Shown one piece after another: positions 45,801-60,800 of a stretch of DNA of 64,000 nt. Under the pieces are notes generated by a model that had not been told where the DNA came from, searched no databases, and saw only the letters and a program-made list of their open reading frames with translations. The translations under genes were made by a program, and so were the position numbers. Origin of the DNA: Eledone cirrhosa (Eukaryota); the NCBI GenBank assembly GCA_964016885.1, contig OZ024748.1:43586001-43650000 (forward strand), given 5' to 3'. The stretch's first letter is position 1; each line of letters starts with the position of its first letter.

Positions 45801-48800
45801 TACTGACACACCACAATAGAATGTCTCTTGTACCTGACACACTGCTGTCACCTTGTACTGACACACCACAATAGAATGTCTCTTGTACCTGACACACTGC
45901 TATCACCTTCTACTGACACACCACAATAGAATGTCTCTTGTACCTGACACACTGCTGTCACCTTCTACTGACACACCACAATAGAATGTCTCTTGTATCT
46001 GACACACTGCTGTCACCTTGTACTGACACACCACAATAGAATGTCTCTTGTACCTGACACACTGCTGTCACCTTGTACTGACACACCACAATAGAATGTC
46101 TCTTGTACCTGACACACAGCTGTCACCTTGTACTGACACACCACAATAGAATGTCTCTTGTACCTGACACACTGCTATCACCTTCTACTGACACACCACA
46201 ATAGAATGTCTCTTGTACCTGACACACGGCTATCACCTTGTACTGACACACCACAATAGAATGTCTCTTGTACCTGACACACTGCTGTCACCTTGTACTG
46301 ACACACCACAATAGAATGTCTCTTGTACCTGACACACTGCTGTCACCTTGTGCTGACACACCACAATAGAATGTCTCTTGTACCTGACACAGTGCTGTCA
46401 CCTTGTACTGACACACCACAATAGAATGTCTCTTGTACCTGACACACTGCTGTCACCTTGTACTGACACACCACAATAGAATGTCTCTTGTACCTGACAC
46501 ACCACAATAGAATGTCTCTTGTACCTGACACACTGCTGTCACCTTCTACTGACACACCACAATAGAATGTCTCTTGTACCTGACACACTGCTGTCACATT
46601 GTGCTGACACACCACAATAGAATGTCTTGTACCTGACACACTGCTGTCACCTTGTACTGACACACCACAATAGAATGTCTCTTGTACCTGACACACAGCT
46701 GTCACCTTGTAATGACACACAACAATAGAATGTCTCTTGTACCTGACACACTGCTGTCACCTTGTACTGACACACCACAATAGAATGTCTCTTGTACCTG
46801 ACACACAGCTGTCACCTTGTAATGACACACCACAATAGAATGTCTCTTGTACCTGACACACTGCTGTCACCTTCTACTGACACACCACAATAGAATGTCT
46901 CTTGTACCTGACACACTGCTGTCACCTTGTACTGACACACCACAATAGAATGTCTCTTGTACCTGACACACTGCTGTCACCTTCTACTGACACACCACAA
47001 TAGAATGTCTCTTGTACCTGACACACTGCTGTCACCTTCTACTGACACACCACAATAGAATGTCTCTTGTACCTGACACACTGCTATCACCTTCTACTGA
47101 CACACCACAATAGAATGTCTTGTACCTGACAAACTGCTGTCACCTTGTACTGACACACCACAATAGAATGTCTCTTGTACCTGACACACTGCTGTCACCT
47201 TCTACTGACACACCACAATAGAATGTCTCTTGTACCTGACACACTGCTGTCACCTTGTACTGACACACCACAATAGAATGTCTCTTGTACCTGACACACT
47301 GCTGTCACCTTGTACTGACACACCACAATAGAATGTCTCTTGTATCTGACACACTGCTGTCACCTTGTACTGACACACCACAATAGAATGTCTCTTGTAC
47401 CTGACACACTGCTGTTACCTTGTGCTGACACACCACAATAGAATGTCTCTTGTACCTGACACACTGCTGTCACCTTGTACTGACACACCACAATAGAATG
47501 TCTCTTGTACTTGACACACTGCTGTCACCTTCTACTGACACACCACAATAGAATGTCTCTTGTACCTGACACACTGCTGTCACCTTCTACTGACACACCA
47601 CAATAGAATGTCTCTTGTACCTGACACACTGCTGTCACCTTGTACTGACACACCACAATAGAATGTCTCTTGTACCTGACACACTGCTGTCACCTTCTAC
47701 TGACACACCACAATAGAATGTCTCTTGTACCTGACACACAGCTGTCACCTTCTACTGACACACCACAATAGAATGTCTCTTGTACCTGACACACTGCTGT
47801 CACCTTGTACTGACACACCACAATAGAATGTCTCTTGTACCTGACACACTGCTGTCACCTTCTACTGACACACCACAATAGAATGTCTCTTGTACCTGAC
47901 ACACTGCTGTCACCTTCTACTGACACACCACAATAGAATGTCTCTTGTATCTGACACACTGCTGTCACCCTGTACTGACACACCACAATAGAATGTCTCT
48001 TGTACCTGACACACTGCTGTCACCTTCTACTGACACACCACAATAGAATGTCTCTTGTACCTGACACACTGCTGTCACCTTGTACTGACACACCACAATA
48101 GAATGTCTCTTGTACCTGACACACTGCTATCACCTTCTACTGACACACCACAATAGAATGTCTCTTGTACCTGACACACTGCTGTCACCTTCTACTGACA
48201 CACCACAATAGAATGTCTCTTGTATCTGACACACTGCTGTCACCTTGTACTGACACACCACAATAGAATGTCTCTTGTACCTGACACACTGCTATCACCT
48301 TCTACTGACACACCACAATAGAATGTCTCTTGTACCTGACACACGGCTATCACCTTGTACTGACACACCACAATAGAATGTCTCTTGTACCTGACACACT
48401 GCTGTCACCTTGTACTGACACACCACAATAGAATGTCTCTTGTACCTGACACACTGCTGTCACCTTGTGCTGACACACCACAATAGAATGTCTCTTGTAC
48501 CTGACACACTGCTGTCACCTTCTACTGACACACCACAATAGAATGTCTCTTGTACCTGACACACTGCTGTCACCTTGTACTGACACACCACAATAGAATG
48601 TCTCTTGTACCTGACACACAGCTGTCACCTTGTACTGACACACCACAATAGAATGTCTCTTGTACCTGACACACTGCTATCACCTTCTACTGACACACCA
48701 CAATAGAATGTCTCTTGTACCTGACACACGGCTATCACCTTGTACTGACACACCACAATAGAATGTCTCTTGTACCTGACACACTGCTGTCACCTTGTAC

Positions 48801-51800
48801 TGACACACCACAATAGAATGTCTCTTGTACCTGACACACTGCTGTCACCTTGTGCTGACACACCACAATAGAATGTCTCTTGTACCTGACACAGTGCTGT
48901 CACCTTGTACTGACACACCACAATAGAATGTCTCTTGTACCTGACACACTGCTGTCACCTTGTACTGACACACCACAATAGAATGTCTCTTGTACCTGAC
49001 ACACCACAATAGAATGTCTCTTGTACCTGACACACTGCTGTCACCTTCTACTGAAACACCACAATAGAATGTCTCTTGTACCTGACACACAGCTGTCACA
49101 TTGTGCTGACACACCACAATAGAATGTCTTGTACCTGACACACTGCTGTCACCTTGTACTGACACACCACAATAGAATGTCTCTTGTACCTGACACACAG
49201 CTGTCACCTTGTAATGACACACAACAATAGAATGTCTCTTGTACCTGACACACTGCTGTCACCTTGTACTGACACACCACAATAGAATGTCTCTTGTACC
49301 TGACACACAGCTGTCACCTTGTAATGACACACCACAATAGAATGTCTCTTGTACCTGACACACTGCTGTCACCTTCTACTGACACACCACAATAGAATGT
49401 CTCTTGTACCTGACACACTGCTGTCACCTTGTACTGACACACCACAATAGAATGTCTCTTGTACCTGACACACTGCTGTCACCTTCTACTGACACACCAC
49501 AATAGAATGTCTCTTGTACCTGACACACTGCTGTCACCTTCTACTGACACACCACAATAGAATGTCTCTTGTACCTGACACACTGCTATCACCTTCTACT
49601 GACACACCACAATAGAATGTCTTGTACCTGACAAACTGCTGTCACCTTGTACTGACACACCACAATAGAATGTCTCTTGTACCTGACACACTGCTGTCAC
49701 CTTCTACTGACACACCACAATAGAATGTCTCTTGTACCTGACACACTGCTGTCACCTTGTACTGACACACCACAATAGAATGTCTCTTGTACCTGACACA
49801 CTGCTGTCACCTTGTACTGACACACCACAATAGAATGTCTCTTGTATCTGACACACTGCTGTCACCTTGTACTGACACACCACAATAGAATGTCTCTTGT
49901 ACCTGACACACTGCTGTTACCTTGTGCTGACACACCACAATAGAATGTCTCTTGTACCTGACACACTGCTGTCACCTTGTACTGACACACCACAATAGAA
50001 TGTCTCTTGTACTTGACACACTGCTGTCACCTTCTACTGACACACCACAATAGAATGTCTCTTGTACCTGACACACTGCTGTCACCTTCTACTGACACAC
50101 CACAATAGAATGTCTCTTGTACCTGACACACTGCTGTCACCTTGTACTGACACACCACAATAGAATGTCTCTTGTACCTGACACACTGCTGTCACCTTCT
50201 ACTGACACACCACAATAGAATGTCTCTTGTACCTGACACACAGCTGTCACCTTCTACTGACACACCACAATAGAATGTCTCTTGTACCTGACACACTGCT
50301 GTCACCTTGTACTGACACACCACAATAGAATGTCTCTTGTACCTGACACACTGCTGTCACCTTCTACTGACACACCACAATAGAATGTCTCTTGTACCTG
50401 ACACACTGCTGTCACCTTCTACTGACACACTACAATAGAATGTCTCTTGTACCTGACACACAGCTGTCACCTTGTACTGACACACCACAATAGAATGTCT
50501 CTTGTACCTGACACACTGCTGTCACCTTCTACTGACACACCACAATAGAATGTCTCTTGTACCTGACACACTTCTGTCACCTTGTACTGACACACCACAA
50601 TAGAATGTCTCTTGTACCTGACACACTGCTGTCACCTTGTACTGACACACCACAATAGAATGTCTTGTACCTGACACACTGCTATCACCTTCTACTGACA
50701 CACCACAATAGAATGTCTCTTGTACCTGACACACTGCTATCACCTTCTACTGACACACCACAATAGAATGTCTCTTGTATCTGACACACTGCTGTCACTT
50801 TGTACTGACACACCACAATAGAATGTCTCTTGTACCTGACACACTGCTGTCACCTTCTACTGACACACCACAATAGAATGTCTCTTGTACCTGACACACT
50901 GCTGTCACCTTGTACTGACACACCACAATAGAATGTCTCTTGTACCTGACACACTGCTGTCACCTTGTACTGACACACCACAATAGAATGTCTTGTACCT
51001 GACACACTGCTATCACCTTCTACTGACACACCACAATAGAATGTCTCTTGTACCTGACACACTGCTATCACCTTCTACTGACACACCACAATAGAATGTC
51101 TCTTGTACCTGACACACAGCTGTCACCTTGTACTGACACACCACAATAGAATGTCTCTTGTACCTGACACACTGCTGTCACCTTCTACTGACACACCACA
51201 ATAGAATGTCTCTTGTACCTGACACACTGCTATCACCTTGTACTGACACACCACAATAGAATGTCTCTTGTACCTGACACAATGCTGTCACCTTGTACTG
51301 ACACACCACAATAGAATGTCTTGTACCTGACACACTGCTATCACCTTCTACTGACACACCACAATAGAATGTCTCTTGTACCTGACACACTGCTATCACC
51401 TTCTACTGACACACCACAATAGAATGTCTCTTGTACCTGACACACTGCTGTCACCTTCTACTGACACACCACAATAGAATGTCTCTTGTATCTGACACAC
51501 TGCTGTCACCCTGTACTGACACACCACAATAGAATGTCTCTTGTACCTGACACACTGCTGTCACCTTCTACTGACACACCACAATAGAATGTCTCTTGTA
51601 CCTGACACACTGCTGTCACCTTGTACTGACGCACCACAATAGAATGTCTCTTGTACCTGACACACTGCTATCACCTTCTACTGACACACCACAATAGAAT
51701 GTCTCTTGTACCTGACACACTGCTGTCACCTTCTACTGACACACCACAATAGAATGTCTCTTGTATCTGACACACTGCTGTCACCTTGTACTGACACACC

Positions 51801-54800
51801 ACAATAGAATGTCTCTTGTACCTGACACACTGCTGTCACCTTGTACTGACACACCACAATAGAATGTCTCTTGTACCTGACACACAGCTGTCACCTTGTA
51901 CTGACACACCACAATAGAATGTCTCTTGTACCTGACACACTGCTATCACCTTCTACTGACACACCACAATAGAATGTCTCTTGTACCTGACACACGGCTA
52001 TCACCTTGTACTGACACACCACAATAGAATGTCTCTTGTACCTGACACACTGCTGTCACCTTGTACTGACACACCACAATAGAATGTCTCTTGTACCTGA
52101 CACACTGCTGTCACCTTGTGCTGACACACCACAATAGAATGTCTCTTGTACCTGACACAGTGCTGTCACCTTGTACTGACACACCACAATAGAATGTCTC
52201 TTGTACCTGACACACTGCTGTCACCTTGTACTGACACACCACAATAGAATGTCTCTTGTACCTGACACACCACAATAGAATGTCTCTTGTACCTGACACA
52301 CTGCTGTCACCTTCTACTGACACACCACAATAGAATGTCTCTTGTACCTGACACACAGCTGTCACATTGTGCTGACACACCACAATAGAATGTCTTGTAC
52401 CTGACACACTGCTGTCACCTTGTACTGACACACCACAATAGAATGTCTCTTGTATCTGACACACAGCTGTCACCTTGTAATGACACACAACAATAGAATG
52501 TCTCTTGTACCTGACACACTGCTGTCACCTTGTACTGACACACCACAATAGAATGTCTCTTGTACCTGACACACAGCTGTCACCTTGTAATGACACACCA
52601 CAATAGAATGTCTCTTGTACCTGACACACTGCTGTCACCTTCTACTGACACACCACAATAGAATGTCTCTTGTACCTGACACACTGCTGTCACCTTGTAC
52701 TAACACACCACAATAGAATGTCTCTTGTACCTGACACACTGCTGTCACCTTCTACTGACACACCACAATAGAATGTCTCTTGTACCTGACACACTGCTGT
52801 CACCTTCTACTGACACACCACAATAGAATGTCTCTTGTACCTGACACACTGCTATCACCTTCTACTGACACACCACAATAGAATGTCTTGTACCTGACAA
52901 ACTGCTGTCACCTTGTACTGACACACCACAATAGAATGTCTCTTGTACCTGACACACTGCTGTCACCTTCTACTGACACACCACAATAGAATGTCTCTTG
53001 TACCTGACACACTGCTGTCACCTTGTACTGACACACCACAATAGAATGTCTCTTGTACCTGACACACTGCTGTCACCTTGTACTGACACACCACAATAGA
53101 ATGTCTCTTGTATCTGACACACTGCTGTCACCTTGTACTGACACACCACAATAGAATGTCTCTTGTACCTGACACACTGCTGTTACCTTGTGCTGACACA
53201 CCACAATAGAATGTCTCTTGTACCTGACACACTGCTGTCACCTTGTACTGACACACCACAATAGAATGTCTCTTGTACTTGACACACTGCTGTCACCTTC
53301 TACTGACATACCACAATAGAATGTCTCTTGTACCTGACACACTGCTGTCACCTTCTACTGACACACCACAATAGAATGTCTCTTGTACCTGACACACTGC
53401 TGTCACCTTGTACTGACACACCACAATAGAATGTCTCTTGTACCTGACACACTGCTGTCACCTTCTACTGACACACCACAATAGAATGTCTCTTGTACCT
53501 GACACACAGCTGTCACCTTCTACTGACACACCACAATAGAATGTCTCTTGTACCTGACACACTGCTGTCACCTTGTACTGACACACCACAATAGAATGTC
53601 TCTTGTACCTGACACACTGCTGTCACCTTCTACTGACACACCACAATAGAATGTCTCTTGTACCTGACACACTGCTGTCACCTTCTACTGACACACCACA
53701 ATAGAATGTCTCTTGTACCTGACACACTGCTGTCACCTTCTACTGACACACCACAATAGAATGTCTCTTGTATCTGACACACTGCTGTCACCCTGTACTG
53801 ACACACCACAATAGAATGTCTCTTGTACCTGACACACTGCTGTCACCTTCTACTGACACACCACAATAGAATGTCTCTTGTACCTGACACACTGCTGTCA
53901 CCTTGTACTGACACACCACAATAGAATGTCTCTTGTACCTGACACACTGCTATCACCTTCTACTGACACACCACAATAGAATGTCTCTTGTACCTGACAC
54001 ACTGCTGTCACCTTCTACTGACACACCACAATAGAATGTCTCTTGTATCTGACACACTGCTGTCACCTTGTACTGACACACCACAATAGAATGTCTCTTG
54101 TACCTGACACACTGCTGTCACCTTGTACTGACACACCACAATAGAATGTCTCTTGTACCTGACACACAGCTGTCACCTTGTACTGACACACCACAATAGA
54201 ATGTCTGTTGTACCTGACACACTGCTATCACCTTCTACTGACACACCACAATAGAATGTCTCTTGTACCTGACACACGGCTATCACCTTGTACTGACACA
54301 CCACAATAGAATGTCTCTTGTACCTGACACACTGCTGTCACCTTGTACTGACACACCACAATAGAATGTCTCTTGTACCTGACACACTGCTGTCACCTTG
54401 TGCTGACACACCACAATAGAATGTCTCTTGTACCTGACACAGTGCTGTCACCTTGTACTGACACACCACAATAGAATGTCTCTTGTACCTGACACACCAC
54501 AATAGAATGTCTCTTGTACCTGACACACTGCTGTCACCTTCTACTGACACACCACAATAGAATGTCTCTTGTACCTGACACACAGCTGTCACATTGTGCT
54601 GACACACCACAATAGAATGTCTTGTACCTGACACACTGCTGTCACCTTGTACTGACACACCACAATAGAATGTCTCTTGTACCTGACACACAGCTGTCAC
54701 CTTGTAATGACACACAACAATAGAATGTCTCTTGTACCTGACACACTGCTGTCACCTTGTACTGACACACCACAATAGAATGTCTCTTGTACCTGACACA

Positions 54801-57800
54801 CAGCTGTCACCTTGTAATGACACACCACAATAGAATGTCTCTTGTACCTGACACACTGCTGTCACCTTCTACTGACACACCACAAAAGAATGTCTCTTGT
54901 ACCTGACACACTGCTGTCACCTTCTACTGACACACCACAATAGAATGTCTCTTGTACCTGACACACTGCTATCACCTTCTACTGACACACCACAATAGAA
55001 TGTCTTGTACCTGACAAACTGCTGTCACCTTGTACTGACACACCACAATAGAATGTCTCTTGTACCTGACACACTGCTGTCACCTTCTACTGACACACCA
55101 CAATAGAATGTCTCTTGTACCTGACACACTGCTGTCACCTTGTACTGACACACCACAATAGAATGTCTCTTGTACCTGACACACTGCTGTCACCTTGTAC
55201 TGACACACCACAATAGAATGTCTCTTGTATCTGACACACTGCTGTCACCTTGTACTGACACACCACAATAGAATGTCTCTTGTACCTGACACACTGCTGT
55301 TACCTTGTGCTGACACACCACAATAGAATGTCTCTTGTACCTGACACACTGCTGTCACCTTGTACTGACACACCACAATAGAATGTCTCTTGTACTTGAC
55401 ACACTGCTGTCACCTTCTACTGACACACCACAATAGAATGTCTCTTGTACCTGACACACTGCTGTCACCTTCTACTGACACACCACATTAGAATGTCTCT
55501 TGTACCTGACACACTGCTGTCACCTTGTACTGACACACCACAATAGAATGTCTCTTGTACCTGACACACTGCTGTCACCTTCTACTGACACACCACAATA
55601 GAATGTCTCTTGTACCTGACACACAGCTGTCACCTTCTACTGACACACCACAATAGAATGTCTCTTGTACCTGACACACTGCTGTCACCTTGTACTGACA
55701 CACCACAATAGAATGTCTCTTTTACCTGACACACTGCTGTCACCTTCTACTGACACACCACAATAGAATGTCTGTTGTACCTGACACACTGCTGTCACCT
55801 TCTACTGACACACCACAATAGAATGTCTCTTGTATCTGACACACTGCTGTCACCCTGTACTGACACACCACAATAGAATGTCTCTTGTACCTGACACACT
55901 GCTGTCACCTTCTACTGACACACCACAATAGAATGTCTCTTGTACCTGACACACTGCTGTCACCTTGTACTGACACACCACAATAGAATGTCTCTTGTAC
56001 CTGACACACTGCTATCACCTTCTACTGACACACCACAATAGAATGTCTCTTGTACCTGACACACTGCTGTCACCTTCTACTGACACACCACAATAGAATG
56101 TCTCTTGTATCTGACACACTGCTGTCACCTTGTACTGACACACCACAATAGAATGTCTCTTGTACCTGACACACTGCTGTCACCTTGTACTGACACACCA
56201 CAATAGAATGTCTCTTGTACCTGACACACAGCTGTCACCTTGTACTGACACACCACAATAGAATGTCTCTTGTACCTGACACACTGCTATCACCTTCTAC
56301 TGACACACCACAATAGAATGTCTCTTGTACCTGACACACGGCTATCACCTTGTACTGACACACCACAATAGAATGTCTCTTGTACCTGACACACTGCTGT
56401 CACCTTGTACTGACACACCACAATAGAATGTCTCTTGTACCTGACACACTGCTGTCACCTTGTGCTGACACACCACAATAGAATATCTCTTGTACCTGAC
56501 ACAGTGCTGTCACCTTGTACTGACACACCACAATAGAATGTCTCTTGTACCTGACACACTGCTGTCTCCTTGTACTGACACACCACAATAGAATGTCTCT
56601 TGTACCTGACACACCACAATAGAATGTCTCTTGTACCTGACACACTGCTGTCACCTTCTACTGACACACCACAATAGAATGTCTCTTGTACCTGACACAC
56701 AGCTGTCACATTGTGCTGACACACCACAATAGAATGTCTTGTACCTGACACACTGCTGTCACCTTGTACTGACACACCACAATAGAATGTCTCTTGTACC
56801 TGACACACAGCTGTCACCTTGTAATGACACACAACAATAGAATGTCTCTTGTACCTGACACACTGCTGTCACCTTGTACTGACACACCACAATAGAATGT
56901 CTCTTGTACCTGACACACAGCTGTCACCTTGTAATGACACACCACAATAGAATGTCTCTTGTACCTGACACACTGCTGTCACCTTCTACTGACACACCAC
57001 AATAGAATGTCTCTTGTACCTGACACACTGCTGTCACCTTGTACTGACACACCACAATAGAATGTCTCTTGTACCTGACACACTGCTGTCACCTTCTACT
57101 GACACACCACAATAGAATGTCTCTTGTACCTGACACACTGCTGTCACCTTCTACTGACACACCACAATAGAATGTCTCTTGTACCTGACACACTGCTATC
57201 ACCTTCTACTGACACACCACAATAGAATGTCTTGTACCTGACAAACTGCTGTCACCTTGTACTGACACACCACAATAGAATGTCTCTTGTACCTGACACA
57301 CTGCTGTCACCTTCTACTGACACACCACAATAGAATGTCTCTTGTACGTGACACACTGCTGTCACCTTGTACTGACACACCACAATAGAATGTCTCTTGT
57401 ACCTGACACACTGCTGTCACCTTGTACTGACACACCACAATAGAATGTCTCTTGTATCTGACACACTGCTGTCACCTTGTACTGACACACCACAATAGAA
57501 TGTCTCTTGTGCCTGACACACTGCTGTTACCTTGTGCTGACACACCACAATAGAATGTCTCTTGTACCTGACACACTGCTGTCACCTTGTACTGACACAC
57601 CACAATAGAATGTCTCTTGTACTTGACACACTGCTGTCACCTTCTACTGACACACCACAATAGAATGTCTCTTGTACCTGACACACTGCTGTCACCTTCT
57701 ACTGACACACCACAATAGAATGTCTCTTGTACCTGACACACTGCTGTCACCTTGTACTGACACACCACAATAGAATGTCTCTTGTACCTGACACACTGCT

Positions 57801-60800
57801 GTCACCTTCTACTGACACACCACAATAGAATGTCTCTTGTACCTGACACACAGCTGTCACCTTCTACTGACACACCACAATAGAATGTCTCTTGTACCTG
57901 ACACACTGCTGTCACCTTGTACTGACACACCACAATAGAATGTCTCTTGTACCTGACACACTGCTGTCACCTTCTACTGACACACCACAATAGAATATCT
58001 CTTGTACCTGACACACTGCTGTCACCTTCTACTGACACACTACAATAGAATGTCTCTTGTACCTGACACACAGCTGTCACCTTGTACTGACACACCACAA
58101 TAGAATGTCTCTTGTACCTGACACACTGCTGTCACCTTCTACTGACACACCACAATAGAATGTCTCTTGTACCTGACACACTGCTGTCACCTTGTACTGA
58201 CACACCACAATAGAATGTCTCTTGTACCTGACACACTGCTGTCACCTTGTACTGACACACCACAATAGAATGTCTTGTACCTGACACACTGCTATCACCT
58301 TCTACTGACACACCACAATAGAATGTCTCTTGTACCTGACACACTGCTATCACCTTCTACTGACACACCACAATAGAATGTCTCTTGTATCTGACACACT
58401 GCTGTCACTTTGTACTGACACACCACAATAGAATGTCTCTTGTACCTGACACACTGCTGTCACCTTCTACTGACACACCACAATAGAATGTCTCTTGTAC
58501 CTGACACACTGTTGTCACCTTGTACTGACACACCACAATAGAATGTCTCTTGTACCTGACACACTGCTGTCACCTTGTACTGACACACCACAATAGAATG
58601 TCTTGTACCTGACACACTGCTATCACCTTCTACTGACACACCACAATAGAATGTCTCTTGTACCTGACACACTGCTATCACCTTCTACTGACACACCACA
58701 ATAGAATGTCTCTTGTACCTGACACACAGCTGTCACCTTGTACTGACACACCACAATAGAATGTCTCTTGTACCTGACACACTGCTGTCACCTTCTACTG
58801 ACACACCACAATAGAATGTCTCTTGTACCTGACACACTGCTATCACCTTGTACTGACACACCACAATAGAATGTCTCTTGTACCTGACACAATGCTGTCA
58901 CCTTGTACTGACACACCACAATAGAATGTCTTGTACCTGACACACTGCTATCACCTTCTACTGACACACCACAATAGAATGTCTCTTGTACCTGACACAC
59001 TGCTATCACCTTCTACTGACACACCACAATAGAATGTCTCTTGTACCTGACACACTGCTGTCACCTTCTACTGACACACCACAATAGAATGTCTCTTGTA
59101 TCTGACACACTGCTGTCACCCTGTACTGACACACCACAATAGAATGTCTCTTGTACCTGACACACTGCTGTCACCTTCTACTGACACACCACAATAGAAT
59201 GTCTCTTGTACCTGACACACTGCTGTCACCTTGTACTGACACACCACAATAGAATGTCTCTTGTACCTGACACACTGCTATCACCTTCTACTGACACACC
59301 ACAATAGAATGTCTCTTGTACCTGACACACTGCTGTCACCTTCTACTGACACACCACAATAGAATGTCTCTTGTATCTGACACACTGCTGTCACCTTGTA
59401 CTGACACACCACAATAGAATGTCTCTTGTACCTGACACACTGCTGTCACCTTGTACTGACACACCACAATAGAATGTCTCTTGTACCTGACACACAGCTG
59501 TCACCTTGTACTGACACACCACAATAGAATGTCTCTTGTACCTGACACACTGCTATCACCTTCTACTGACACACCACAATAGAATGTCTCTTGTACCTGA
59601 CACACGGCTATCACCTTGTACTGACACACCACAATAGAATGTCTCTTGTACCTGACACACTGCTGTCACCTTGTTCTGACACACCACAATAGAATGTCTC
59701 TTGTACCTGACACACTGCTGTCACCTTGTGCTGACACACCACAATAGAATGTCTCTTGTACCTGACACAGTGCTGTCACCTTGTACTGACACACCACAAT
59801 AGAATGTCTCTTGTACCTGACACACTGCTGTCACCTTGTACTGACACACCACAATAGAATGTCTCTTGTACCTGACACACCACAATAGAATGTCTCTTGT
59901 ACCTGACACACTGCTGTCACCTTCTACTGACACACCACAATAGAATGTCTCTTGTACCTGACACACAGCTGTCACATTGTGCTGACACACCACAATAGAA
60001 TGTCTTGTACCTGACACACTGCTGTCACCTTGTACTGACACACCACAATAGAATGTCTCTTGTACCTGACACACAGCTGTCACCTTGTAATGACACACAA
60101 CAATAGAATGGCTCTTGTACCTGACACACTGCTGTCACCTTGTACTGACACACCACAATAGAATGTCTCTTGTACCTGACACACAGCTGTCACCTTGTAA
60201 TGACACACCACAATAGAATGTCTCTTGTACCTGACACACTGCTGTCACCTTCTACTGACACACCACAATAGAATGTCTCTTGTACCTGACACACTGCTGT
60301 CACCTTGTACTGACACACCACAATAGAATGTCTCTTGTACCTGACACACTGCTGTCACCTTCTACTGACACACCACAATAGAATGTCTCTTGTATCTGAC
60401 ACACTGCTGTCACCTTGTACTGACACACCACAATAGAATGTCTCTTGTACCTGACACACTGCTGTCACCTTGTACTGACACACCACAATAGAATGTCTCT
60501 TGTACCTGACACACAGCTGTCACCTTGTACTGACACACCACAATAGAATGTCTCTTGTACCTGACACACTGCTATCACCTTCTACTGACACACCACAATA
60601 GAATGTCTCTTGTACCTGACACACGGCTATCACCTTGTACTGACACACCACAATAGAATGTCTCTTGTACCTGACACACTGCTGTCACCTTGTACTGACA
60701 CACCACAATAGAATGTCTCTTGTACCTGACACACTGCTGTCACCTTGTGCTGACACACCACAATAGAATATCTCTTGTACCTGACACAGTGCTGTCACCT

